Shown here one piece after another: positions 39,454 to 54,339 of a stretch of DNA of 64,000 bases (position 1 is its first letter; each line of letters opens with the position of its first letter). Made by a program: the position numbers and the translations under genes. Below the pieces are notes generated by a model. It made no database searches. It was not told the DNA's origin and was given only the letters and a program-made list of their open reading frames with translations. Source of the DNA: Marsupella aquatica (taxonomy: Eukaryota > Plantae > Marchantiophyta); assembly GCA_973895155.1 (NCBI GenBank), contig OZ316893.1, positions 21,002,955 to 21,066,954 of the forward strand, in the 5' to 3' direction.

Positions 39454-41007
39454 ATGGCGAAACGGCAGGGGCCAAATGCCTCCTCAAACCCTGGCAGGAG
39501 GAGCCAGAACCATGCACAAAAGTTAGCGGCAGCCCGTCTGGCTCAGGTTATGGCTTCACATTCGACTGACAATGACGAGGAAGAGGACTTTTCCAACTTT
39601 CAACGTCCTAGTGCTTCATTAGGGATTGGTACTGGTCATAGAGACGCATCCCCCAGGTTGCCAAGGCGCCCTACTCTGCCTTCTGTTGCTGACTCGCGCG
39701 ATCAATCACCCAGGGTTGGATCACCTTACGGAGATCTGGGCACAAACCGCTCAAGCAACAATCTTCGTGCTCATCATCGTCCGTCTTTGTCTGAACCTCA
39801 TCTCAATGGGAGCAGTCAACGAACCTCAATAGCAGCTGCTCCAGCAGCAGCAGCTATTAAATTCAGACCACGAGGTAGTGAGCCTCCGACTGAAACTTCT
39901 TTCCGTGAATCTCCAATTTTACCAATTCCGAGAAGTACGTCCGATCCAGTAACTAAGAATGGTAATACACGAGAGGAGGCTGCATTGCAGGATGAGATCG
40001 ATCTACTCCAGGAGGACAACCAGCTTGTTCTCAACAAGCTACGGCTGGCTGAAGAAAAGTTCCAAGAGATCGAGAATCGGAACAAGGAGCTGGAGAAGCA
40101 GATTGCCTCTCTAGGGGAAGGGATTTCACTGGAGGCTAGGTTGTTGACTAGGAAGGAGGCTGCCTTGAGGCAAAGGGAGGCTGCCCTGAGAGCTGAGAGG
40201 GAGCAGACAACAGATATGAAGGATGATGAGATTGCAGCCCTCAGACTAACGGCTGATGCCGCCAAGGATGATGTGATTGCTGCAACTGAGAGATCTGCTT
40301 TAGCTGAGAGGGAGGTCCAGAGCTTGAGAAGTGTAACTCGACGGATGATTCTTACACATGAGGAAATGGAGGAGATGGTGCTGAAAAGGTGCTGGTTGGC
40401 CCGTTATTGGGGATTAGCCACCCGCCATGGCATTCTTGCTGAGGTTGCAAGCTCAAAGCATGAGCATTGGTCAGCACTTGCTCCTCTGCCGCTCGAAGTG
40501 GTGATTTCAGCTGGCCATAGTGAAGGCAATAGCGAGGGAGGAAGGCACAGAAAGACTCCGTCCATACGGGATTTGAATGACATTACTGGAGAGGGCAATG
40601 TTGAAAGTATGCTTGCAGTGGAAAAGGGCCTGAGGGAGATGGCTCTATTGAAGGTGGAACAGTCTGTCATGATGGCAATCTCACGGCATCATCATCCCTC
40701 CTTAGGTCGCAGTGAATTAAGTCATGAAGAAGTGGAAGACATTCAATTTAAACACGCCTGGCTAGTTTACTTCTGGCGTCGAGCAAAGAACTTCAACGTG
40801 GAGAACGATATTGCCGATGAGCGCCTCAATTATTGGATGGTCCGGTGCAATCAGCCTCCAACTTCTCATGATGTCCTTGATGTTGAAAGAGGATTGTTGG
40901 AGCTACACAAATTGGGTGTTGAAGAGCAGCTGTGGGAGGCTTCTCGTAGAGAAGTTTCAAATCGTACTCCGGAAAATCACGGCTTTGAGGTTGGTGAGGG
41001 AGGATGA
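39454..41007 (+). CDS. SCD2: SCD2-like (STOMATAL CYTOKINESIS DEFECTIVE 2) coiled-coil protein, 517 aa, single coding exon
   Basis: Motifs [123 protein letters not shown] and [23 protein letters not shown]. The first ATG is at 39454; the ORF track used an upstream TTG. Confidence 0.92.
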   Translation: MAKRQGPNASSNPGRRSQNHAQKLAAARLAQVMASHSTDNDEEEDFSNFQRPSASLGIGTGHRDASPRLPRRPTLPSVADSRDQSPRVGSPYGDLGTNRSSNNLRAHHRPSLSEPHLNGSSQRTSIAAAPAAAAIKFRPRGSEPPTETSFRESPILPIPRSTSDPVTKNGNTREEAALQDEIDLLQEDNQLVLNKLRLAEEKFQEIENRNKELEKQIASLGEGISLEARLLTRKEAALRQREAALRAEREQTTDMKDDEIAALRLTADAAKDDVIAATERSALAEREVQSLRSVTRRMILTHEEMEEMVLKRCWLARYWGLATRHGILAEVASSKHEHWSALAPLPLEVVISAGHSEGNSEGGRHRKTPSIRDLNDITGEGNVESMLAVEKGLREMALLKVEQSVMMAISRHHHPSLGRSELSHEEVEDIQFKHAWLVYFWRRAKNFNVENDIADERLNYWMVRCNQPPTSHDVLDVERGLLELHKLGVEEQLWEASRREVSNRTPENHGFEVGEGG

Positions 41008-43372
41008 GGCTTGGTGCTAGGTGAACAGGTGTATCATCCGAATTCGATAGAAGCCTTTGCAACCAATATGTTTGGTCTAGATCCTGAATCCATAAATTTG
41101 ACCTCTCTAGTCCTGGATTCCAAGAGCATTTGAGTTATAGAGTAACTCTGAGGGTCTTCTCGGTGTCAGTCGATGGAGTCAAAGGTGGTCCACAAGTTTT
41201 GTCTCGTCACTGGCAGCATTATTCTTTTCGATGGTGTTATGACGTTCCACAGAAAAGCAAGATTTTAGTACGTGAAACCCAAGAATAGAAACTACCCATC
41301 CTGCACCATAAGCCAATGGATCGGATATTCTCCTTGGAAGAAACGAGGGCTGACACTAAGTTCTTTTCTCCCATACCAGTATGAATCATACGGGTATTCT
41401 TATTATTTCTACTTTCAAAAGTCAACTAGCGAAGACGAAACATTTGAACCTTTGAAGGTACTGTAGGACATGTTTGTGGTACTAAAAAATGTGTCTATTT
41501 GTAGTGTAGACGGACAATGGGGTCTCCTTGGAATCTTCTCTTGTTAATTGCTCAAATGTAGCATCGTGTCCCATTAGATATGTTTAGTGATAGATGTGAA
41601 GGACCATCAGTATTACTTCTAGTTGTGCAAGTCCAAAAATTGTAGAGACGCAGGCTTTGTCAATATTAGCTGCCGTCAAAGCTCTTCGTTTTGTGAGTAC
41701 TGATCCAAGAATCTTGAGGGAATGCCCTAGCTTATCCAGGTGCAACACACGTAGGACTCTTGTGCTAGTCTCAGTTTGGTTACATGAAGTCTTCAAAATA
41801 AGATTTACAAATCGAAAACTGGACTGAAGGGTAGCGTGTCAGAGAAGAGCTGTGGCCTTAGTGGCGCAGGGCTTTATTGGCAGGGATTCCAGATCAAGCT
41901 TCTGAACGAGCCAATTTGCACGATTAAGGTGAAGGGTCCATTGTCACCGTCGTAGGATATTCTTGGCGATCAATGATGAATATAGTGCAATCAAAGGTTG
42001 TGATTTTTCATTTAAGGCACTCAACTCTGTCAGTGCCTGATGCAGAAGGTCAAGAAATGGAAGGACTGTCTCGAACTGGACATTGAACTTTACCTAGTTG
42101 GGCAAATCATATTTTGACGGTTCGTTCTTTAGGCACATCATTGGGCTGCCGGTAGGACATTCCTCCCACTTCTTGACTCACGGATTTGAAAGGCACAGCA
42201 TGAACAAACAGGTAGTTTTGATAAGTTTCACGAGTGGGAAGATATATAAGTTCACAGACGCATAACTGTTGTAGATTCGTGCAACCGCTGTTAGAGATGT
42301 GTATGAAATAAGTGTCAGTTCAAATAGATGAAAAATCATATATTTGAGACCATTCTGCAGTTAACTATTTTTTGAGTACCAGCTTCTGGGATTCAGCTGG
42401 TCGAGTACGAGTGACGAACGATAGTGTTGCGACGAATCATAGTGCAAAGACTTTAACTATACCCCATCGTCTTGTTTGAATATCTCCGTTAGAAACCGTG
42501 TCTTTAGTGCACAGCTCTCTACGGTGTACATGCAATAACAAGGGTCACAACTGCCTGGGCACGGAACTTCTTTTGAAGATTTGATCCAACAGCAACATTG
42601 ATTTCTTCTCACGTCAGGATAACCATTCTACAGCATGAGCCAGTGAGGACTTATGACGTCTGTATAGTTTTGGACGTGACAGCTAAAGACCTCCTCTGCT
42701 AGACAGACTTCAGTGTAACTTCCATTCGTGTCTTGAACGGAACCGGCCGTAAAGCAGTTTAGCCCTCGCTTGTGGATGAGCCCATGATGTCTTGCGTTGA
42801 GGGAGTTTCTGGAGCAGGCTATCTCAATCATCAGTGTAAGGCCTCATCAATTAACCAACACTGAAATGTACCTCTCGAAACATATTATGGAGAAACTGAA
42901 TGGATGAAGACGAAATCTCAGTTTCAAGGTTCGAGTGACCCACAGCTAGGAAGGGAAGAAAGAATAATAAAATTTCTGAATTGAGAAATGTCTGTCCCCG
43001 ATAGTGAAATGATCGTGGCAGAGGCAGGCGTGGGTCACGATTTGGACAACCTCTACGTTTGTGTCGTCGTTCCACGAAATCTTTTCGTTCCTTTGCAGAA
43101 AAGAGAATCTCCCCAGCTATCGAGACCACAAGAACCCCAGGGTCTTTTGCATCTGGGGAACTACTCGATTCCCATTGACAGTTTGCTTCCTTGACCATCG
43201 AGTTAAGGGTCATTTAATCTGAAACACAAATTCAGGACAGGGATTACAAATGCTTTTGGGTAAGAAAGCCCGTTGAAACCTTTTTAGGAGTCCTAGACCT
43301 AACATTCTTGATCCTGGGAGCACTGTACCTAAAATGGTCACCGTCCTTGTTAGGGCGCTAGTTAGCCTATGA

Positions 43373-43450
43373 ACCACTACGGAGGCGTTGATCTAAGGGC
43401 CAAGAAGCCATTGACCACTATAGAGGCGTTGATCTAAAGTCCAAGAAGGC
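43373..43450. repeat. 41-bp direct repeat x2
   Basis: ACCACTA..GAGGCGTTGATCTAA.G.CCAAGAAG occurs twice. Confidence 0.85.
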
Positions 43451-43453
43451 TAA

Positions 43454-43950
43454 GTTGCCACGGAAATGTGAAAGTGAGCAAAGTAAAACAGAAGGTGTGA
43501 TTTCACACTTCAACATATCATGATTGTGTTCCCTGTATGTGATCTCACTGACATTTATGTTTGGCAGATTTTTATTTATATCTCTTGAACATTTCAGTTG
43601 CCACGTCAAGGTGGAACAGAACAAAGTACAACAAATGGTGTGAGTTTACACTTCACGTAACATAAGCGTGTCCCCTGTAAGTGCTCTCTTTGACTTTTCT
43701 CGTTGGGCAGAATGCATTATTTTTCTCTTGAACATTTCAGGTGCCACCTCCATGCAGAAGAGAACAAACTTTACTCAAACAGGGCCCAACAAAGTGCAAG
43801 AAACAGTGTGAATTTAATTACACACTACAGAAGATGATTGTGTGGCCTGTAGGTGATCTCACTGACGAGTCTCGTTGGGCTGAATTTATTTATTTTCTCC
43901 TGAATATTTTTTTTGCCGCGTCTTTGTGGTTGAGAGTAAACTTTACTCAA
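43454..43950 (+). repeat. Degenerate ~145-165 bp tandem repeat x3 (a fourth partial copy at ~44575-44660)
   Basis: Units of TGCCAC...ACAAAGT.CAA...GTGTGA.TT.ACAC...CCTGTA.GTG.TCTC..TGAC...TCTTGAACATTTCAG. Confidence 0.75.
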
Positions 43951-44227
43951 CCATTCCTCTTCATAGTATTTGTATGACACATAATCCAAAGCTTTTCAGT
44001 GTGTTGCTAATCCAAAGCTTTTCAGTTTGTTGCTCAGTAGTCCTTGTTGGGGATTCTCTAGCTTTGGGATTCTTTGGTTTTCTTAGGTTTTTCTTTTGGT
44101 TTCTCTCCTTCATTGTGCGCTTTGATCTTCTTGGGTTTTCCCCCTTGTTTTTTCGTCATTCATGTGGGATCCTATCTCCTCCTTTGAGAGTTTTCTGTTA
44201 TTTGGCAATGTGATACCTGAAATGCAA

Positions 44228-44535
44228 TCAGAAGCTACTCCCTGGGCCTCAGACTGAGGGCACAGTTTAAAGTGAGGGTGAGGACAGAAAATGATTGGAG
44301 GCAAAGATGAACAAGAAATAACATGAAATCCTTTCTTTTTGCAATGATTTTAGGCAAAGATGAACAGGAACTAACATACCTCTAAACCATCACTAACTCG
44401 GGGCATAATTGAAAGTGAGGGTGCGGACTAAATAAGGGATGGAGGCAAAGTGAACAAGAACTATCATGAGAGCCTTTCTTTTGCAATGATTTAGGCAAAG
44501 ATGAACTGTATCTAACATAAATCCTTTCTTTATGT
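44228..44535. repeat. Duplicated ~165-bp unit with internal AGGCAAAGATGAAC subrepeats
   Basis: AAAGTGAGGGTG.GGAC...GGAGGCAAAG.TGAACAAGAA...CCTTTCTTTT.GCAATGATTT.AGGCAAAGATGAAC occurs twice. Confidence 0.75.
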
Positions 44536-44702
44536 TCAAAGAATAGGTAAAGAGGCTAGTATGATATATGACAAGGCCTAACAAAGTATAACGAGTGGTG
44601 TGAATTTACACTTTACAGAACTTGGTTATGTTCCATGTAAGTCATCTTAGTGACGTTTCTTGTAGAGGTATGCTTTCCTCGTGTCTTTCCTGAGCCTTCT
44701 GA

Positions 44703-45896
<1,194 letters not shown>

Positions 45897-48800
45897 ATCT
45901 GAAGACGACAAGGATGTCGAAGATCCATTATCAGGCTTCCTTGTTGTCCTGTCACAGATCTCTTGCCCTTCTCTCTGGGAGGAATTCTTTAATGCTGATG
46001 GGATTCCACCAAAATCGTATGTCGAGCTTAGGTAGGGGTGACCTCCTTGGAATCTAGCCTGCTCCAGGTTTATTCTTTCGTCGTCTGGGATTGGAGAGCC
46101 AATGTAGTAGAAATGGACCGGAAAGCTGGCTGTCTGCACATACAAGGGAGCTGCAGAGTTTTGAAGAACGAGAGCAATTTATTTGAGTTATCGTAGAATT
46201 CATTTTTGAAATTAGTCGTTCCTAACAAACTTGGATCCTTGCACATATTGACTGTGGCGGTTATTCCGTCAATTGTCTCTGCTTCATGGACCTCGTCATT
46301 TGCGTGCCGATAGTCATGAAGTAGGTGTCGCAACATCATTTCCAGCTTCTTGCTATAGATCTAATACTTCATAGTTCACCATTTGTACAAGAACTTTTGG
46401 AAAAGCGATAGATATGTACATAAAGTGGCTGGTACTTTCGTCAATTGTCTGTCTTGTGGACCTCCGTCGATTGATAGTTAGATCAAATCTATTGCAGCTA
46501 TTCATCTTCTGATAACGGTCTGCCAGGAATCTCATCGTCCAACAGGGGACCAATCGTTTTTTGGATTTGAGCGAATGAATGTGCTTGAGTTGTAATTATG
46601 TCAGTAATCTTATTACCCACGAATGGCTCAACCCTTTTTGTGTTGGCTTACCTTTCTGACGTTGTATCATGTTTACCTTTATCACGCCCGAATGCTGCGT
46701 CAGAGTTGCAACATCTGATGTCAATGTGACCAATTTTCCTTCTCTGGCAATAGTCTGCCTTTCTGATATGACGGATTAGGCTTCGTCCATCATGAACGCT
46801 GGAGGAACATCACGCACCGGATGTTTGACTATCGTCGTGTCCAAGAAAGCAACTTCTTGAAATACATCCAGGTGCGTCTACACGGTCTGCAATACTTCCT
46901 CTCGTCAGGTTTTGGACTATGTTTGACAATGCTGTGCTCACGTCCTCTTCTGGGCATCGTTTTCGAGCCTTGACTTTTCCTTCTATAAGGTTCTTGTCAA
47001 GATAGTCTTTTTACTTTGTTCACCGTGGGTGCGGAGACATAGCCACTTAAGCTGCCTAATTGGTGAGTGGAAAATATACCCACTGTACTGCCGAAATCCG
47101 AACGAGCCACTTGTAGAAGGTATAGCCTATCGTGTTCCACTGGAAGCATGGGCACGCTTAGCTGTACAGCTGCTTTCACCACAGACGTGATCCAAGTTAT
47201 CTCTTTAATAGATAGCCAGACTTATGGCTTCTAATCATCAGGTAATTCTTTCATCTACTCACTTCAGAGTTGATACAACTCTGACTTGACGTGCTCCACG
47301 TCTACCCCTGAGCCGATTAAATGTGAGGACCTGTGAATCTACTTTTTTGAATAATTACAACAAGGTAAGAATCTGATGATTTCCGCCTCAGTCTCGTCGT
47401 TAAGAGAAGCCGTGTGTGATACACTCTGGAACTCTTGCTACATTAAATCGGTCACATTTGATACACTGTCGAAAAGCTTGCTGTCAAGATATGGAAATAT
47501 GTGCAGGACCTGTGTAATTTCGCTCGCTGGAAGGACCTTCCTAGCAACCTTACTGCAACTGCTGTTACATGATCTGCATGCATCTCAACTATGACCGAAT
47601 GTCTTCTCGACAGCCACATTCCTCACCTTTTAAGCTCTGTTTCTATCCTGAAAGAACAGCGCACGGACCTATCTCCGCCAGCAATCCACAACTAGATATG
47701 CATTGACAGTCTCAGAAGCCAACGTATGGGATCACCCTCTCTCTTCCAACGGTGTTATCAGAGAGTGTGGGCTTCATTGGTGGACCTAGCGAGAGCATAA
47801 TTTTAATTGAGGCACAGAATCGCTTAGAATGCGCTCCTGCCACGTTCTGCTACTGATCATATGGGGCTCCAATGACCTTCCTCCCCTGCTTTTAGAGGTA
47901 ACTTTAGAAATTTATTAGAAATTTAATGCAGATCTCCATTATTTCGTGCATAATGTTGTGTAGACTCTAATTTCAGTAGGGTTTGTGAAAGGATGCAAGA
48001 GGTGTAGCTCACCTCGTATGGGCAGTAGGACTGTATTCTGAAGAAATGGAAAAAAAGATGACTCTCACAACAGGATCCAACCAGGAAAAATTGAGGGGAA
48101 CATGTATTTGTATTTGATTTTCTCCCGATAGAAGAAAGAACACATTGACGACGCCGGAGTTCTGACACCAACAAGCGAGAACTCGTGACCAGAGATCTAA
48201 CTACTGTAGAAACCCTGCGACATGCTTGTTTGCCTGGTTCTCATGCCATCTGACTATCTTGCAACACATCTTACATTACGACTCATTGAACCTCAAATTA
48301 CTATGACAGGCAGATCCAGAGAGGGTAGGCAGGCCTTTGCTTTGTCAATGTATGTCATCTGCACTAATCCACAGTGCGCCACACTAGTCTACACTAATCC
48401 ACACAGCTCTGCACCAATGTTGGAGCCCTAATGTGTAGTAATCCGCAATAATTCACACTGATCAGCACTGTCTGCAATATTAAGCCACACTAATAAATGT
48501 ACTGTAATTCTAAAGCACTAATCAATCTCTTTCCGTTCGTGAAGCTCATTGGCTGCAACATATTTATATATGGCAACAAATTTGTTTGAACAGTAGGCTA
48601 TGTTTTAATTATGAGTAGGGGACTCACTGCTTAGATGTAGATCTATATCACTTTTGCAACTGCTTACTTCTATGCTATTTGTGATTCTCTCTAGGCCAAT
48701 CGACATCATCTCTGTTCCGAAAAGTTTTTAGTCTTTCCTGAAAAGGAATTAAACGAACCTTGGTTTTGTCTTATGCGATATGCTGTTTTTGCAGGCATGA

Positions 48801-50775
48801 GACCCCCCAAGAGTGACAGGCCTGGGAGTCTACAGTAGGTACTACATCGAGCCCTTCCCGTGCATAAACACTGGTATTTGAGTTATTCTCTATTATTAAT
48901 CGCAATGCACGTTATTGTAGGGCATAACCTGATGGGGACAAAACTTCTGTTTGGAGCCAATGCAAGGGGCCCAATTCCATAAGAGCATTATTCCATGTGC
49001 TGGCAATAATTGTGCCCGGCCCACAAAATTCCCATATGCACCCACAGCAATGAAAGTCTTCGGAATTTTCCAATTTTTTTTCCAATTTTTTTGTGTGAGG
49101 GGAAGGAGGGGAAACAGGCTCATGCTTGATTGTAATTTCTTTTTAAGGCTTTCATCCTCATGCGAGCTTGACTTTTGATGGTGTTGGGATTCATAGGCTG
49201 ACTGGATGATCGGTAGCTCTTAGTGTGAGTGGCGGAAAGTAAGGGTTTTCATAATAGGGTTCCAACTTTAAACAATCTCCCCAAATGGTAATGAAAAGAT
49301 TTAGGACCACCGTATCTAGATAAACGAAAAATCAGATATTAGGTACCTAAAAGTGTGAAGACTCCCCCAATAAAGGTAAAATAGTTTGTCTTGTGGTGTT
49401 TTTCGCTCACAAGAATTCCCATGTTGAGAAGAATATTAATTAATATTCATTTTTACAGTTTGGATGGATTTTTTAGTAACCCTTTAAAGCAAGAATACAT
49501 TAGCTATGGGTGACTTGGTATTTGTGCCTCAATGCTTATTCCTTTACAAAGTGTCTTCTCCTCATGGCTTATTGTTTTACAAAATGTTGGCCGCACTTCT
49601 ATCCCCACATGCTATTTTTCCAGTAGACAATTGTTTAGTTTCTAGACTGTTGTGAATCCCTTTGATGGGCCTCTCATGTTTTTCTCATAATGACTTAGGA
49701 TTCGCTTTGTCTAAAATAAATTGAGACAAAACTTACATATAAAAATCTCAATAAGTAACCTCGGACTGAGTAGGCTCCCAAACAAGGTAACATCATTGAC
49801 AAAATTCTGGTAAACAGGGTCACTTCAAGGTTGCAATATTATGCGTTGGAACTGGAAATTTGATATTCTGATATACCTTAAGATGTTGTGCTACAGAAAT
49901 AATACTTGAATAAATGACATCACCCAAAATGTTATCCATTCTCAAAGGCTGTTACCTCTGTTTTTCAAACATCCCCAAAATGCTTTGGATGTGCTACTTT
50001 TGGATAATACCAGATCAAATTTCCTAAGACTTACTTTTGGTAAGAAGAGTCCTCCTTAGTTTCACCAATTGCAGTGTAAATGTGACAATGTCAGCTGAGC
50101 TTTAGTTGCTGCAAAAAGAACAAGAAGTTTCGGTAGAACAGAGGAAATGGCAATAACTCCACAAAGTAAGTCTTCCTAGCTCCTCGATCAATCCTTGTCC
50201 AAAGCCACACTCAGCACAACTGCACATACTAATCCACACAAAATGTAAGTGACGTAAACCACCCTGGCTTGCAACAAATGATGTAAGTAAACTAAAATTG
50301 TATACACAAAGTTCTCACAAAAATGAAGACATCAGAGAATCATCAAGAGAATCCAAGCCTTACTTACAACTGGTACTATTTCAAAATATTCCCAGTTAAA
50401 TTCTAAATTCAAAAATATAATGCAAAACATTGATATATCAATCAAGAGAATTTTAAAAGGTCAATTTCTTTAACCCTAGTCTTTAATTTGTTTATTTCAA
50501 GTGTTATTCTTCATCATTGTAATGTTTTTACAATTACTAGGCCGGCTAATGCATTGCACAAAATGTCAAAATCAGACGTGCAAGAAGTGTGCGTGAGGCA
50601 AAGAACTGTTTGCCATTCCGGCCATGTTGTCTCTACAGACATGTTGTGCTTGCTAAATTGTCAGGTATGGTTTCAGCTAGGTGGTTGTTGTGTGGAAATC
50701 TTCTCATTTGGGTCCATTTTGTGGCTTCAAAAGTGATGTTGTTGGGAGGGCGGGGGAGGGCCGGGGAGGGCGACT

Positions 50776-50830
50776 GAGAGGAGAGGAGAGGAGAGGAGAG
50801 GAGAGGAGAGGAGAGGAGAGGAGAGGAGAG
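50776..50830. repeat. (GAGAG)11 microsatellite
   Basis: Seen directly in sequence. Confidence 0.95.
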
Positions 50831-53800
50831 GAGGATACAGTTTGTACCACGGTACACCTTCCGTGACAGTACTGTGGCTGTATGTCTGCATGGATGCAGG
50901 GAGGGAGTGGGCAGACGGCGCATGAGAGCATTTTTGGTCTATCAAATAGTGACAAAGAAACTATATAGCGAAGTCAAAGGGCACTACATTACACTTGAAG
51001 TATCATTCATGCTTATCTTATATATTTCTTATCTACTTCAGCTTTACGGTACGTGTCCATCCAATATCTTTGTGCAAAACACATCTGTGATTTGTTCACT
51101 TTACTCATGAATGAAAACCACTAATTAAAACAGTCCAGATCCCACAATCTGTTTGGGATCTTGAGGACGACAAGAGCAGGACCCCGGTCAAGCTCTCGAC
51201 TTCCCCACTCTCACAGCAGGAAGCGCAGCTGCACAGATTTCTTTGGCTACCTTTTTTATGTTGATTGTTATAGTTGCAACCTACCTGCTCTACGATTATT
51301 CACGGTTCAGAGAGCTACAGTAGCCGGGCACAGAGACGATGTCAAGGTCTAGCGTCAATCTACAATTCTGCTGTACATATTGTTATCATTCAATTCAGAA
51401 AATGGATTAGCTCCTTGTACCGTTGCTTTTTTGTTGCTTTCCTGTTACTTTTCTGAAGAAAGTGTACGTTACAAACAAAGCAACAGAGAGCCTGGATTAG
51501 CCCTCGAGATTCCTCCACTTTTTGAGTCCTAGTGATGACACCACTAAAGCAGCACTTGCCTCACTGGCTGCTGCTTGCCTCTCAGCGCCGTGCCGTCCAT
51601 CTGAACTCTCCTTATCTTGGTACTTGTTGACTAAGCTCGCTGATGGTGTTTTGACCGCTATAAAAGCGCAGATTGAAGAGCCAGTTGCAAGGTAAACAGC
51701 CATGCAGAACGACTGCACGAGCTTTGAACTACTGTATGGTGGTCAGCAATGTTTATTTTCGGTAGCACGAGCTTTGAGTCGTAAAGTTCATCACACTTAA
51801 TTAACTAATACCCCTAATATAGGCGTTAAAACATCATTCTACACAGTGATGTGGACCAGTCATTGACACTATCCTGTAAAGTATCTCTCCCTAGATTTCC
51901 TAGATTTAAGGATAACTTCAGATTCCAGCAAATTAATGGGGTATGTGGTTTGGTGTCAAATTGACTGGGGCAAACGACCAAGGGTGACTCTACAAGACCT
52001 CAGTGGCAGTTTCCACGTTTTTGGGTCTCCTGTATGTCTTCGGGGCAATCCATTGGGGAGAAACTGCTGTTGATCACTTAACAAAAAGTTGGGGGCATTT
52101 CAACCTAACCTGTTGTGGATCCTACATAGAATGGATAGGGGCTTAAGTTTCCTTCTGTGGGGCACCAATTTGTCACAAAATTTAGCCCACCTCTCTTGGA
52201 GGTTTCTTCATGTGGCTGCTTGGTCCATTCCTATCTACTCACTATAATAATATACAATCCCGCCTTTTTGTGCTCATTGTCTGCTTACAAAATCCACTTT
52301 TGGAGGGAACTCATTATGACCATTGGATTTAAAACTTAAATTTTCCTGCCCATCAGATCTGTGTAAGGAAGAAGAAAGAGTTTGTCCTAGCCTGAGGCGC
52401 TGATGGGCTTCCACCCACACCTAGACTCATACACAAACATCTAGAAAAAGGTCATTGGGAATTGAGTGTGAGTTCACATGTGGCTATTATGGGTAGACTA
52501 GCCCCATGCCTGTTCGTTGCACGAAAGATATCAAGGTGATAAAAGATGTCGAAGAGAAAAATGATGTCAAGTGAGAAAAAGAAGTTGAGGTGATATAATA
52601 TGTTGAGAAGAGAAAAGATATCAAGGTGAACAAAAGATGTGAAGAGATGTCAAAGAGAGAAAAAAAGATGTTGAGGAGAGAAAAGATGATTGTCAACATG
52701 ATAAAATATGTCGAGGAGAGAGAATATATATGTCAAGGTGAGCAAAAGATATTGTGGCAAGAAAAGATATGAGGAGAGAAAAGATATGAGGGGATAAAAA
52801 TGTTGAAATGAGAAAAAGATTTAAAGGGGAAAAAATATGCCAAGGAGAACAAATGATATGGAAATGAGCTCACATTTTAGGTGATATCTAGCAATATAAT
52901 AGGCAATGCCGCCAAATAGAGGCTTTAGAGTCCGTTACCGACAACTCGTCACCCGGACCGTCCCGACCGCCTGATCTCAACTTCCTGGCCCTTCTCATCC
53001 CGGCTTGGCCATGACCTCCTGGCCCTTCCCTACAGCTCCCAGCATCACTCCTGGCACAGCCTGACCTGGCCCGGCCCTCCCCGCAGCCCTGTTTACTCCT
53101 CCCGGTCTGGCACGGCCCGGCAAAACCCCCCCAACCCGACTCTGCCCAGCCCCACCTCCTCCTCCCCTCCTGCATAGGGCCTCGGACCCTCCTCGCCCCT
53201 GTTCGTGTAGAGGTTAACTCAGTCTTGGGTTGAACTATGGTTAGTATGTTAACTAGCGTTAGAGTAAACCCTAGTTGAAACACGATTTCGGACCGAACGA
53301 GAACTATTTCCTCTAAACGAGAAGTGTATTTTCATTTTCCGCCGAATCGCGCAAAATCGGCAGTTTTTTTCATCAAAAACATATTTTTGGGGAAATAATG
53401 TAATTCGTATCGGAGTTCGGATGGAGTTCGGATTGAAACAGCAAATTTAATAATGATCAAAACCAATGAAATTCATGCTAACAAACATTCATATTATCAA
53501 GGAACAATTAGATTCGAAAAACTTTCTCCTCAACCTCATATTCACGCTCTCCAAAGATATATGAAAGGTCTTATCTATAAATCCATATCCACGTTTCGAG
53601 CCAAGTGCGATAACTGTATCGGACTCCGGATTTGAGCCACGAAAGCTCCGACCCAATCTCAGTTTTCTCAGTTTTTGGATATTTACCAAAAATATTTTAC
53701 ATCACAGTCGATAAGAATTACTGCACGGTTCGTCAAACTTACCTTGCAGTTACCTCCGCAATTGACCAGTTACCTCCGCAAGTGACCATAGTCAACATGC

Positions 53801-53906
53801 CATTCTTTCAACAGCAATGCGCAGTCCGATAAAATTATCGCGAAAACTACGGGCGACAAAAATACTAGTCGACAATACTAAGATCCTTCGGTTCATCGGT
53901 TAAATT

Positions 53907-54175
53907 TCAAAATTCCTATCCATATGAAGAAAACTCTTCGCAATACCAACATCAGATAAATTTATCGCTTCAATTTCAAAATTGCAACTTCCATATGAAG
54001 GAACCACTTTTGCAATACCAACATCAGATAAATTTATCGCTTCAATTTCAAATTGCAACTTCCATATGAAGGAACCCCTTTTGCAATACCAACATCAGAT
54101 AAATTTATCGCTTCAATTTCAAATTGCAACTTCCATATGAAGGAACCACTTTTGCAATACCAACATCAGATAAAT
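53907..54175. repeat. 71-72 bp tandem repeat, ~3.7 copies, containing the GATAAATTTATC palindrome
   Basis: Unit TCAAATTGCAACTTCCATATGAAGGAACC.CTTTTGCAATACCAACATCAGATAAATTTATCGCTTCAATT. Confidence 0.95.
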
Positions 54176-54339
54176 ACACTCTGAACCACACAACCCGAAG
54201 TCAGGGGAGGCAGAGTCAATTACATTCAAAGTGTTTCTTTACAAGCTCTTCTCGAGCAAACCTAAGAGCACCCAAAATCGACTAGAGGAATGAGGAGTGC
54301 GATAAATTTATCGGATGTTCGCAGCAATACCTCATCCAC

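Noticed and set aside
48730-51720. Scattered splice-like signals and a 73-aa minus-strand ORF
   Set aside because: No consistent reading frame or recognisable product could be assembled.
53907-54175. CRISPR-like array (palindromic repeat at regular spacing)
   Set aside because: The intervening sequences are near-identical rather than unique spacers, there are no cas genes, and the context is eukaryotic. It is a tandem repeat.
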